Assembly: GCA_002482505.1 (NCBI GenBank)
Contig: DLGD01000037.1
Location: 2,888-66,887, forward strand
Source of the DNA: Christensenella sp. UBA7703
Lineage (GTDB): Bacteria; Bacillota; Clostridia; Christensenellales; CAG-138
Direction: 5' to 3'
Length of the DNA stretch: 64,000 nt
Each line of letters starts with the position of its first letter. Position 1 is the stretch's first letter. The notes below the pieces were generated by a model. It was not told where the DNA came from and ran no database searches. It saw only the letters and a list, made by a program, of their open reading frames with translations. The position numbers and the translations under genes are program-made. Positions 47,459-54,902 of this stretch are shown in pieces.

Positions 47459-49567
47459 GTGATGCAGGGGAATCGGCCTTATAGAAGACGAAAGGCAACG
47501 ATTGCGACACAAACGCAGATGAATCGGCTATACAAAGGATCAAAACAACGGATGCAACAAACACACAGAATAGGGAAAGGTGCATTGTCTCTCCTGCTCA
47601 TCACACTCATGTTGCTGCAATTCGGCTGCGTGGGTGAGACGGTGCATGCGCTGGACTATTCTTTGGAGAGCGAATTATACACCGATCAGCCGGTAGCAAC
47701 GCCGCAACCTGCGGAGCAAACTCCTGCGCAGCCGGGTACAGCAAGCGAGACGCCAACCCCGGCGCCAACCCCAACCCCCATAAATACTATAAGCCCAACC
47801 CCAACGCAAACAAGCGCAACCATGACGCCAACAAACACAACCCCAACACCGACGCCGCAGGGAACAAGTGCCGGAACAGAAACCCCGCTGCCGTCTCAAA
47901 CGCCGGAGTTGCACCGCCTGACGATTTTGGTGCAGGATGCCTCAGCCGCTCCGCTGATTGGCGCGCGGGTCATGTTGTTTCAGGATGGCTCCGTGCTCTT
48001 TTCCGGTATGACGGGGAGCGACGGCAACGTCTCCTGGACACTTGCGCTCGGGCACAGCTATCGGGTGAAGGCGGCGCTTTCCGGCTACGTGCCGAGTGAT
48101 GGCGACGATAAAACCTATGATATGGCGCAGGATGTGGCAGTCAAAATCACGCTTGTGCAGGGCACATCCGGCGAAACGGGCACCACAACGCCAACACCGC
48201 TGCCCGTGCCGGAAGGCGCGCCGGGCAAGGTTTTGATCACGGCCGACGATGTTTCGATTCAGCCAAAACAGGCAGGCTTTGGCTTGCTGGACGGCGTGCG
48301 CGCGCAGACGGAACTTGGCCAGCCCGTTGCAGTTTGGGTTGTAGACAAAGGCGGTTTTTCTGCGGAGACGCCGGGCTCTTATACCGTGACCTATGGTGCG
48401 TTTGAAGAAGGAAAGCTCATCACCGCAACGCGAACGGTTACGGTTGAAGGCGCAACGGAAGAAACCGCGCCCCAGGATCAGCCGCATGCGCCATTCGGCA
48501 GCAGCAAGGAACGCTATGAAATCTTGATGGCATACCGTGCGGAAATTGGAGATCAGCTCAGCGAGCGCATTGCCGCGCTGACCGAGGAATATAAGCAAAA
48601 GGTTGCCGAGGCGCAGGCCGCCAACGGGGAATCACGTATCCTCGCGCCGAGCGCCGCGGAGAACGACACGGACGATATGACCACGGCGGCAAAGGATGTT
48701 CAGCAGACGCAAGAGGTCCGCGTGACCAACTGGCCGGATGTACTGGCGACGTTCCTCGCGCAAAACGTGGCAAATGAAGACCGGCCGCTGAATCAGTATG
48801 AACTCATGGATATCCCGCTGGATCGACTCGACAGCGTGTTTTGGGATATGAACCCGATTGAAGTCTTCCGCATGGACGGAACGGCAAACGTTTTGCTCAA
48901 CGCAAAGTCTTATGAGGACATGGCGGATGTGTACGGCATGAGCGCAAACCGCAGGACCTTCCTCTATGAGCTCATGCAGCCGGAGTTTCAGCGTACGTTT
49001 GCTTCCATGACGGGCAATACCGCGTTTTTTGAAACTTCCAAAGAAGGCCTGGGCGAACTGCTCGACACGCTGCCCGGAGACACGAACGTAGAGCGCAAGC
49101 AGGTTGTGGAGACCGCCTTCTCACTCGTTGGCAAGATTTCCTATGTGTTTGGCGGCAAATACAACCGCCTCGGCTGGAACAACGCCTGGGGCAACGCAAA
49201 CGAAGCGGAGGAAGGCGACAAGGTTCGAATCTCGCGTGACGACGGGCTTGATTGCAGCGGGTTCGTGAGCTGGGTGTTTATCAACGCACTTGGCGATCCT
49301 GCGGCGTTGCGCGTCATCGGCAACGGTTCGAGCAATCAATGGGCGCATTCCGAGGCAATTGGCTGGGACGAGGGAAAGCCGGGCGACCTTGCGTTCTATT
49401 GCGCGCCGGGGGAGCGGCAGTATAACCACGTCGGCGTGATCGTCGCGGTTGACGACGACGGCAGCTATCTGATTGCGCACTGCTCCTCGGTGCAGGATGG
49501 CGTTGTCGTGACCGATGGCTGGAGCACGGGGTTCCGTTACCTGCGAAGGCCCGCATTTTTCCAATAA
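47459..49567 (+). CDS. Secreted NlpC/P60 (C40) cell-wall hydrolase with T/P-rich linker and carboxypeptidase-regulatory-like domain
   Basis: The signal-like segment ALSLLLITLMLLQFGC is followed by a TPTP-rich low-complexity run. The C-terminal catalytic region has GLDCSGFVSWVF (Cys) and YNHVGVIV (His). The start is uncertain (GTG 47459, ATG 47462, 47519 or 47552). Confidence 0.8.
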   Translation: MMQGNRPYRRRKATIATQTQMNRLYKGSKQRMQQTHRIGKGALSLLLITLMLLQFGCVGETVHALDYSLESELYTDQPVATPQPAEQTPAQPGTASETPTPAPTPTPINTISPTPTQTSATMTPTNTTPTPTPQGTSAGTETPLPSQTPELHRLTILVQDASAAPLIGARVMLFQDGSVLFSGMTGSDGNVSWTLALGHSYRVKAALSGYVPSDGDDKTYDMAQDVAVKITLVQGTSGETGTTTPTPLPVPEGAPGKVLITADDVSIQPKQAGFGLLDGVRAQTELGQPVAVWVVDKGGFSAETPGSYTVTYGAFEEGKLITATRTVTVEGATEETAPQDQPHAPFGSSKERYEILMAYRAEIGDQLSERIAALTEEYKQKVAEAQAANGESRILAPSAAENDTDDMTTAAKDVQQTQEVRVTNWPDVLATFLAQNVANEDRPLNQYELMDIPLDRLDSVFWDMNPIEVFRMDGTANVLLNAKSYEDMADVYGMSANRRTFLYELMQPEFQRTFASMTGNTAFFETSKEGLGELLDTLPGDTNVERKQVVETAFSLVGKISYVFGGKYNRLGWNNAWGNANEAEEGDKVRISRDDGLDCSGFVSWVFINALGDPAALRVIGNGSSNQWAHSEAIGWDEGKPGDLAFYCAPGERQYNHVGVIVAVDDDGSYLIAHCSSVQDGVVVTDGWSTGFRYLRRPAFFQ

Positions 49568-49646
49568 TCAATGCCTCAGCAAAACATTGTTTCGATGAAA
49601 CCCGCGCAGGAAAGCGGATTCCTTGAAAAATAACGTGGAATATGCA

Positions 49647-49675
49647 TTGTAAAACAAGAAGGATTACATTATAAT
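49647..49675 (+). promoter_or_regulatory. Near-consensus sigma-A-type promoter inside the ORF-free region
   Basis: TTGTAA (49647-49652), a 17-nt spacer and TATAAT (49670-49675). No convincing ORF follows for about 1 kb. Confidence 0.4.
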
Positions 49676-50452
49676 CGGAGATGTAACGAATTCATGTATG
49701 AATTTTCGATGCATAAGTAGCACGCTGCATCATTACATCTATCGTTTTTGATAGAAAAATTACGATGCAACAGGCAAATACACCGTGTTTGCGTGCATAA
49801 TCACTTGACAACTGTTGCGCTATTTGTTATTTTTATGACAATGCAGTTTTGTACTTGTGTACACAACCGCAAGAGCAGCATGGTGTGCAACCCCGCGCAA
49901 GACTGTTAATTATTCATGAACATTCACGGTTTTTTATGCAATTAGGCCGCAGTTCGGTTAATATGGTGAAAAGGGCTGAATATAGCGGTTTTTTGCAGAA
50001 TAGAAAGTCAAACCACCAGCAAGAGAAATTGGAGATTAATGAATATTAAGCAATGGTCATACGGATTGTCACGACCCAACTGTGTCACTTGAACAGACAG
50101 TAAACCGGATGCTCGGACGCCAGATATCAAACGGGCGAAAGAAGCGTATGCAATCGAACAGAATGAATATTCGTTTACTACCGGTGGTAGACATCGTCGA
50201 AGACGACACTAAATCATGATTTTTCCAAACGGTTTTCTGCAGACGGAGCTCAGTACCACGCGAGAATCATAGCAATAGTAATGTTCAACAGAAAACAGTT
50301 TCAGCGTGAACCGGTAGCCATTGATCGGATCATCAGCAAGCCTTCATCCTGTTTTCGCGCTATAGCGGCAAGGCGGGAAAGCAATGATCGAAATAGCCGT
50401 ACGGATCCTAGGAAAATACTCGTTGTACCTTGATAGCTGTATATAAGTGCGA

Positions 50453-50552
50453 TTCTTCCCACGCAAATGGCACACCCCGCGAAAGCGGGCGTCGCAAAGC
50501 TATAGGGCCTAACGGCAGAAGTGCCCACGGCAGCCAGTTTCCGAATGAAGAA
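50453..50552 (+). promoter_or_regulatory. c-di-GMP-I (GEMM-I) riboswitch aptamer candidate
   Basis: P1 is TTCTTC (50453-58) paired with GAAGAA (50547-52). The core ACGCAAATGGCACACC-CCGC-GAAA-GCGG-GCGTCGCAAAGC-TATAGGGCCTAA…GCCC…AGC parallels the conserved GEMM-I core (ACGCACAGGGCAAACC…GNRA…GGGACGCAAAGCC…GGCCUAA) as I remember it from Vc2. Confidence 0.75.
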
Positions 50553-50607
50553 CTCACGTTTCGCACAACCGTCCGAAAGACGGCTTGGTTGTGTTTCAAA
50601 AAAACGT

Positions 50608-50652
50608 AACGGTTCAAATTCATGAGGGATTTGAGCCGTTTTTCATTTTTTT
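50608..50652 (+). terminator. Intrinsic terminator of the riboswitch expression platform
   Basis: A 12-bp stem AACGGTTCAAAT/ATTTGAGCCGTT (one G-U pair) with a 9-nt loop is followed by TTTCATTTTTTT. A further hairpin CACAACC…GGTTGTG lies at 50564-50593. Confidence 0.8.
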
Positions 50653-50716
50653 GCTATGGCTATCATATAGATCCAATACCTTTGTGATGATTGGTGAAGA
50701 TTGAGGAGAAACAAGA

Positions 50717-51343
50717 ATGCAGGTTTTACTGCCGATTTTCTACGGCGCTGCACTGGGCGCCGCATTGGCGGTTCCCGCGCGGCTCCTCTCGGGATTATTG
50801 CTCAAGCGCCGCGGGTTTGAGGCGCAGATGGAACGCAGGCATTTCCTGATCATGCTTGCTGCTATGACGCTGACCGGCGGAGTGATCGGTTGGCGGGCGG
50901 GGGTAACCTTCCGCGGGCTATATCTGCTGCTTTTGCTGCTGGTTTCGGCCTGCGCGTTTTACATCGATGCAAAACATCGCGTCATTCCAAACGAGCTGTG
51001 GCTCGCCGTGCTGGCTTTTGCCCTGGCGTTTGGGATACCGGGCGCGATCAAGTTTCAGATTTGGCAATCTCTGTTGGGGTTTGCCGTCTGTTTCGTCATC
51101 TTCTTTATTCCGAGCTTGTTCGGGCAGAAGATTGGCGCAGGAGATGTAAAGCTGGCGGCGGCAATGGGCTTTGCGCTCGGGCTGACAGGCAGCCTTTATG
51201 CGATTGCTTGCATGGGCGCGCTGGTGCTGCTGTATGCTGTGCTCGATCAGAGCATGCCGCTGCCGCAACGACTCAAGACCATGATCCCGATGGGGCCGTT
51301 TCTCGCACTGGCGCTGGTCGCAATGTCGATCATACTCGTTTAG
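50717..51343 (+). CDS. tadV: A24-family prepilin peptidase (CpaA/TadV-type)
   Basis: A polytopic protein with the two aspartyl motifs FYIDAKHRVIPN and GAGDVKLAAAMG. RBS GAGGAGAAACAAGA. Confidence 0.85.
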   Translation: MQVLLPIFYGAALGAALAVPARLLSGLLLKRRGFEAQMERRHFLIMLAAMTLTGGVIGWRAGVTFRGLYLLLLLLVSACAFYIDAKHRVIPNELWLAVLAFALAFGIPGAIKFQIWQSLLGFAVCFVIFFIPSLFGQKIGAGDVKLAAAMGFALGLTGSLYAIACMGALVLLYAVLDQSMPLPQRLKTMIPMGPFLALALVAMSIILV

Positions 51344-51469
51344 CCACGGTATTCGTGCGCAAGCTTGCTATGTCAATGGCCACGAGCGCAGAAAACAAGT
51401 AGTCCGGAACGTACAAGCGTTCTCAAAATAGGGCAAAAGCCCGAAAAATAATAAGGGAGGTAATAGGAC

Positions 51470-51622
51470 ATGATGAAACTTTGGAAGAACGAAGAAGGCC
51501 AGGGCATGGTGGAATATGGTCTGATCATCGCACTGGTCGCGATCATCGTTATTGCCGGCATCTCGCTGCTGGGCAAGAACATCGGCAACCTGTTCAACAC
51601 GGTTGCAGCAAACATTAAGTAA
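51470..51622 (+). CDS. flp: Flp-family type IVb/c pilin 1 (50 aa; absent from the ORF track)
   Basis: MMKLWKNEEGQG|MVEYGLIIALVAIIVIAGISLLGKNIGNLFNTVAANIK. It has the classic Flp G/xxEY processing motif and a hydrophobic helix. RBS GGGAGG lies 9 nt upstream. Confidence 0.85.
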   Translation: MMKLWKNEEGQGMVEYGLIIALVAIIVIAGISLLGKNIGNLFNTVAANIK

Positions 51623-51664
51623 AATAACTACTTGGTAAGACACGCTAGAAGGAGGAATAAGAGT

Positions 51665-51817
51665 ATGAAGAAGTTTTTCATGAATGAAGAAGGCCAGGGC
51701 ATGGTGGAATATGGTCTGATCATCGCGCTGGTTGCAATCATCGTCATCGCCGGCATTTCGCTGCTGGGCAAGAACATTGGCAATCTGTTCAACACGGTTG
51801 CTGACAACGTCAAGTAA
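51665..51817 (+). CDS. flp: Flp-family pilin 2 (50 aa)
   Basis: MKKFFMNEEGQG|MVEYGLIIALVAIIVIAGISLLGKNIGNLFNTVADNVK. The predicted mature part differs from pilin 1 at only 2 residues. RBS GAAGGAGG. Confidence 0.85.
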   Translation: MKKFFMNEEGQGMVEYGLIIALVAIIVIAGISLLGKNIGNLFNTVADNVK

Positions 51818-51854
51818 CAAAATCCGGAAACATCAAATGGGAAGAGGGCGCGAA

Positions 51855-52010
51855 ATGATGAAAAGCTTCGTTCTCAACGAGCGGGGACAAGGTCTGGTGG
51901 AATACGGCCTGATCCTAATGCTTGTTGCTCTTGTCGTCATCGGCGGTCTTACACTGCTTGGCGGAAACGTAGCCGCGTTTTTTTCAAACGCCAGCAACCT
52001 TTTTCAATGA
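51855..52010 (+). CDS. flp: Flp-family pilin 3 (51 aa, divergent)
   Basis: MMKSFVLNERGQG|LVEYGLILMLVALVVIGGLTLLGGNVAAFFSNASNLFQ, with RBS GAGGG 6 nt upstream. Confidence 0.8.
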   Translation: MMKSFVLNERGQGLVEYGLILMLVALVVIGGLTLLGGNVAAFFSNASNLFQ

Positions 52011-52229
52011 TTGCTGACGCGGTATGCCGGACGGCATGTCGTGAAGCGACGGTTACCATACGGAAGCGGAGCGCCTGCCCGGTTTGCGTAAAACGCGGAT
52101 CGGGTTGGTTGTTGTTAGTGTCCTCAAAGGTATGTGGAGGGGAAAACGCCCTGACACAAATCGACACACAAACGAACCGAACAGACAAAAGCGGCCGGTT
52201 TGTTTTGCGGGTCATGGTTTCGGCATGAC

Positions 52230-52271
52230 GGGATGAGAGCAGCGCATGAACGCAAGGGCTACTCTCATCCC
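52230..52271 (+). promoter_or_regulatory. Strong hairpin in the flp3-tadE intergenic region (possible attenuator or RNA-stability element)
   Basis: Perfect 10-bp stem GGGATGAGAG/CTCTCATCCC with a 22-nt loop. The downstream sequence GGCATCCTATTTCAAATTTT gives only an interrupted U-tract. Confidence 0.4.
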
Positions 52272-52404
52272 GGCATCCTATTTCAAATTTTATATCGTAT
52301 GATGCAATATCCTCGGTATCTCTGGCGCTGCAATGAAACCGGATTGCGGCGCGAGAGATGCTGATGATTTCGTATCCTACCCTGCAAAAAGGAGGGGGAA
52401 AGTC

Positions 52405-52866
52405 ATGAGCCTGCTTGACCCGAGAACGGCAGCCAAACAACGGCGCAATCAAACCATCACAGAAAAAAAGCGGCTCCGCGAGAGCGGGCAGTCCGCCGTG
52501 GAAACGGCGCTCATGCTGCCGCTTCTTCTTCTGCTGATCTTCGGCATGCTGGAGATGGGTTGGCTTGCCACTACGCGGCAGACGATGGATACCATCACGC
52601 GGGAAGCAACGCGCGCCGGTGTGGTCGCTGCGAGTACAACCGCGAGCACGACCGCCGTGAACAATGCGGTAACGAGCAAAAAACCCGCATATATGAAAAA
52701 GACGATCACGGTCACCGTCACGTTCTCCAAGCCTTCGAGCTTTAAGGATGGGGACATCACCGTGACAACCGCCTACGACCTGCCACCACTCACGCCGCTG
52801 ACGGCGTTTTTGGTGCCTTCGGGGGTTTATCATATCGTATCGACCTACACGATGAAAGTTGGTTAG
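52405..52866 (+). CDS. tadE: TadE-like minor pilin/pseudopilin
   Basis: …ESGQSAVETALMLPLLLLLIFGMLEMG is the TadE N-terminal motif with a G/xxxxE processing site. The ATG at 52405 follows AGGAGGGGGAAAGTC. Confidence 0.75.
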   Translation: MSLLDPRTAAKQRRNQTITEKKRLRESGQSAVETALMLPLLLLLIFGMLEMGWLATTRQTMDTITREATRAGVVAASTTASTTAVNNAVTSKKPAYMKKTITVTVTFSKPSSFKDGDITVTTAYDLPPLTPLTAFLVPSGVYHIVSTYTMKVG

Positions 52867-52987
52867 CACGGCTGGTTTCAACGTATGGTTCAACCCGTGC
52901 CGTAATCAATATGGGTGCTGGAGACAGCGGAAGCGTTTGATGATGCATATGCTCCGTCAACCCGCCTGATCCGACAGGAGGATTCTC

Positions 52988-53764
52988 ATGAAAAAAGTTG
53001 TCTTGTTCGCCCTGATCGCCGCGCTCTGCGCGGGCGCTCTGCTCTACTTTTATCTGGGCAATCTCGAAGCGCAGAAGCAGGTGAAGGTGGAGTATGACAA
53101 CGTGGTTGTTGCAGCGGTCGATATTCCCGCTTACACACCGATCACGAGCGAGATGGTCACATTCAAGCAGATACCGGCGGGCTATGCGCATCCGCTTGCG
53201 ACGCGTTCGGTCGAGGACGTGATTGGCTACGTGACCGAAAGCGCGATCCTTGCAGGGGAAGAGCTGCTTCCGTCAAAGCTCAAGCAGTTTGGCGAGACGG
53301 ACAGCGGGCTTTCCTATGTTGTGCCGGAGGGTATGCGTGCTGTGACGGTTGCGGTGGACGAAGTATCCGGTGTTGCGGGATTCCTACAGCGCGGAGATTA
53401 TGTGGACGTGATTTCCTATACCACAACCACCTATGTGCCGGCCAAAGCGCCCGTGGTTGCGGAGGGAGGAGAACCGACGGCGGATCAATTGCCGCAGACG
53501 CTGAGTACAACATTGGTTGCGGCGCAAAATGTCCGCGTTGCCGCGGTCGGCAAGTCGCTCTCAGGTGCTGCAGCCGCAACGGAAGACCAGGCGGCGGAGG
53601 GCTATAACAGCGTGACGCTGCTGCTCTCGCCGGAGGATACCATGCGTGTCGTGCAGGGCGCAAAGAGCGGCTCGATCGTTTTAATCTTGCGCGCATCCGG
53701 CGATCACACACCAAACACGCAGGAACCGGTCATCAACGACATGCTTTTGATTCGCGCGGAGTAA
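52988..53764 (+). CDS. cpaB: Flp pilus assembly protein CpaB/RcpC
   Basis: An N-terminal TM anchor is followed by a SAF-like segment (VVVAAVDIPAYTPITSEMV) and an RcpC-like segment (GMRAVTVAVDEVSGVAGFLQRGDYVDV). Confidence 0.85.
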   Translation: MKKVVLFALIAALCAGALLYFYLGNLEAQKQVKVEYDNVVVAAVDIPAYTPITSEMVTFKQIPAGYAHPLATRSVEDVIGYVTESAILAGEELLPSKLKQFGETDSGLSYVVPEGMRAVTVAVDEVSGVAGFLQRGDYVDVISYTTTTYVPAKAPVVAEGGEPTADQLPQTLSTTLVAAQNVRVAAVGKSLSGAAAATEDQAAEGYNSVTLLLSPEDTMRVVQGAKSGSIVLILRASGDHTPNTQEPVINDMLLIRAE

Positions 53765-53772
53765 GGGGAAAG

Positions 53773-54900
53773 ATGAACAGCATTCGCATCATGTTGGCAG
53801 CGAATTCTGCCGATGACAGAAAACTGATTTCAGGGCTATTGACGGATGAGGCGCTTCGCGTTGTCAGTTCGTTTCGCCCGGATGCCGACGGGCTAAAGAA
53901 AGCCTCTTCGCAACCAGCGGATGTGCTTTTGATCGGAACCCGCGCGATGCCAAGCCAGGAGCTGGATTTTGCAGAGCGGATGTTTACGACGCGAAGCGAC
54001 ATCACCATTCTTCTGCTTGCGCCGACGCTGGACAGCCGGACGCTTACCCGTGCGATGGAGTGCGGAATCGCACGTGTGATCGACATCGACAGCAGCGAGC
54101 ACGATATTTGCACACACATCATGACGGCGGCAAACCGGGACCAGAACCGCCGCAACAGCACACAGAAAATTGCAAGTTACGATTCCAAAATCGTCGCGTG
54201 TTACTCGCCCAAGGGCGGTGTAGGGAAAACCACGCTGGCGGTGAATTTGGCATATGCCCTCGCGACCATGAACAAAAAAATTGCGCTGATTGACCTGAGC
54301 TTACAGTTCGGGGAAGTTGGCGTTTTTTTGGATATCGCCAAAGGCGATACGATCGCGGACATGGTCGAGGAGCACTCGTTTGAACTCTCCACGATCAAGA
54401 GCTATCTCATCCGGCACCAAAGCGGCATTCAGGTCATGCTCTCCAGCAGTTCGCCGGAGTATGCGGAGCTGATTCAGCCGGTGCATGTCAACGCGATTCT
54501 TTCCTCGTTGCGGACGGAATTTGACTATGTCATCATCGATATGGGGGTGGCCTTTGGGGACTGCGCCATTGCCGCGATGGAGACCGCAGATACGATCCTG
54601 CTGGTGGTCAATGAGGACATCGCTTCCCTGCACGACGCAAAGCGCAGCATCAAGGTGCTAGAGGCGCTGAACCAACAGGACAAGCTCAAGATCGTCGTCA
54701 ACAAAGAGGGGATTTCGACCATCACGGTCAAGAACGTGGCAAATCTTTTGGAAGCCACGCCTGTGCTTGTGATCCCATATGATCTCAAGGCGGCTATGCT
54801 CGCGGTCAACCGCGGAATTCCGATGCTGAGCTGCGCGCCAAATTCGAAGGCGAGCAAAGAGATTCGCAACTATGCACACGCCCTGATTCGGAGGGTATAA
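53773..54900 (+). CDS. tadZ: TadZ/CpaE: atypical receiver domain + MinD/ParA-type ATPase
   Basis: The N-terminal receiver-like fold lacks the acceptor Asp (ADVLLIGTRAMP). The deviant Walker A is SPKGGVGKTTLAVNLA. TadZ with this architecture is known from Eubacterium rectale (established knowledge, from memory). Confidence 0.85.
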   Translation: MNSIRIMLAANSADDRKLISGLLTDEALRVVSSFRPDADGLKKASSQPADVLLIGTRAMPSQELDFAERMFTTRSDITILLLAPTLDSRTLTRAMECGIARVIDIDSSEHDICTHIMTAANRDQNRRNSTQKIASYDSKIVACYSPKGGVGKTTLAVNLAYALATMNKKIALIDLSLQFGEVGVFLDIAKGDTIADMVEEHSFELSTIKSYLIRHQSGIQVMLSSSSPEYAELIQPVHVNAILSSLRTEFDYVIIDMGVAFGDCAIAAMETADTILLVVNEDIASLHDAKRSIKVLEALNQQDKLKIVVNKEGISTITVKNVANLLEATPVLVIPYDLKAAMLAVNRGIPMLSCAPNSKASKEIRNYAHALIRRV

Positions 54901-54902
54901 TC

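Noticed and set aside
50040-50093. 17-codon ORF MNIKQWSYGLSRPNCVT after GGAGATTA (possible leader or signal peptide).
   Set aside because: The SD-start spacing is only 3 nt. No supporting context was found, and short ORFs are expected by chance in AT-rich DNA.
50040-50600. Possibility that the whole structured-looking stretch is a large ncRNA (group II intron remnant, RNase P RNA, tmRNA, SRP RNA, ROOL/GOLLD-type).
   Set aside because: I found none of the signature boxes I know: no GAGGAAAGTCC, no domain V consensus, no tag ORF with a TCCACCA end. Only the 100-nt GEMM-I-like core could be supported.
51368-51820. 150-aa minus-strand ORF with a striking internal repeat.
   Set aside because: The repeat is simply the reverse complement of the duplicated flp1/flp2 genes. 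The Flp reading frames have RBSs and the canonical processing motif.
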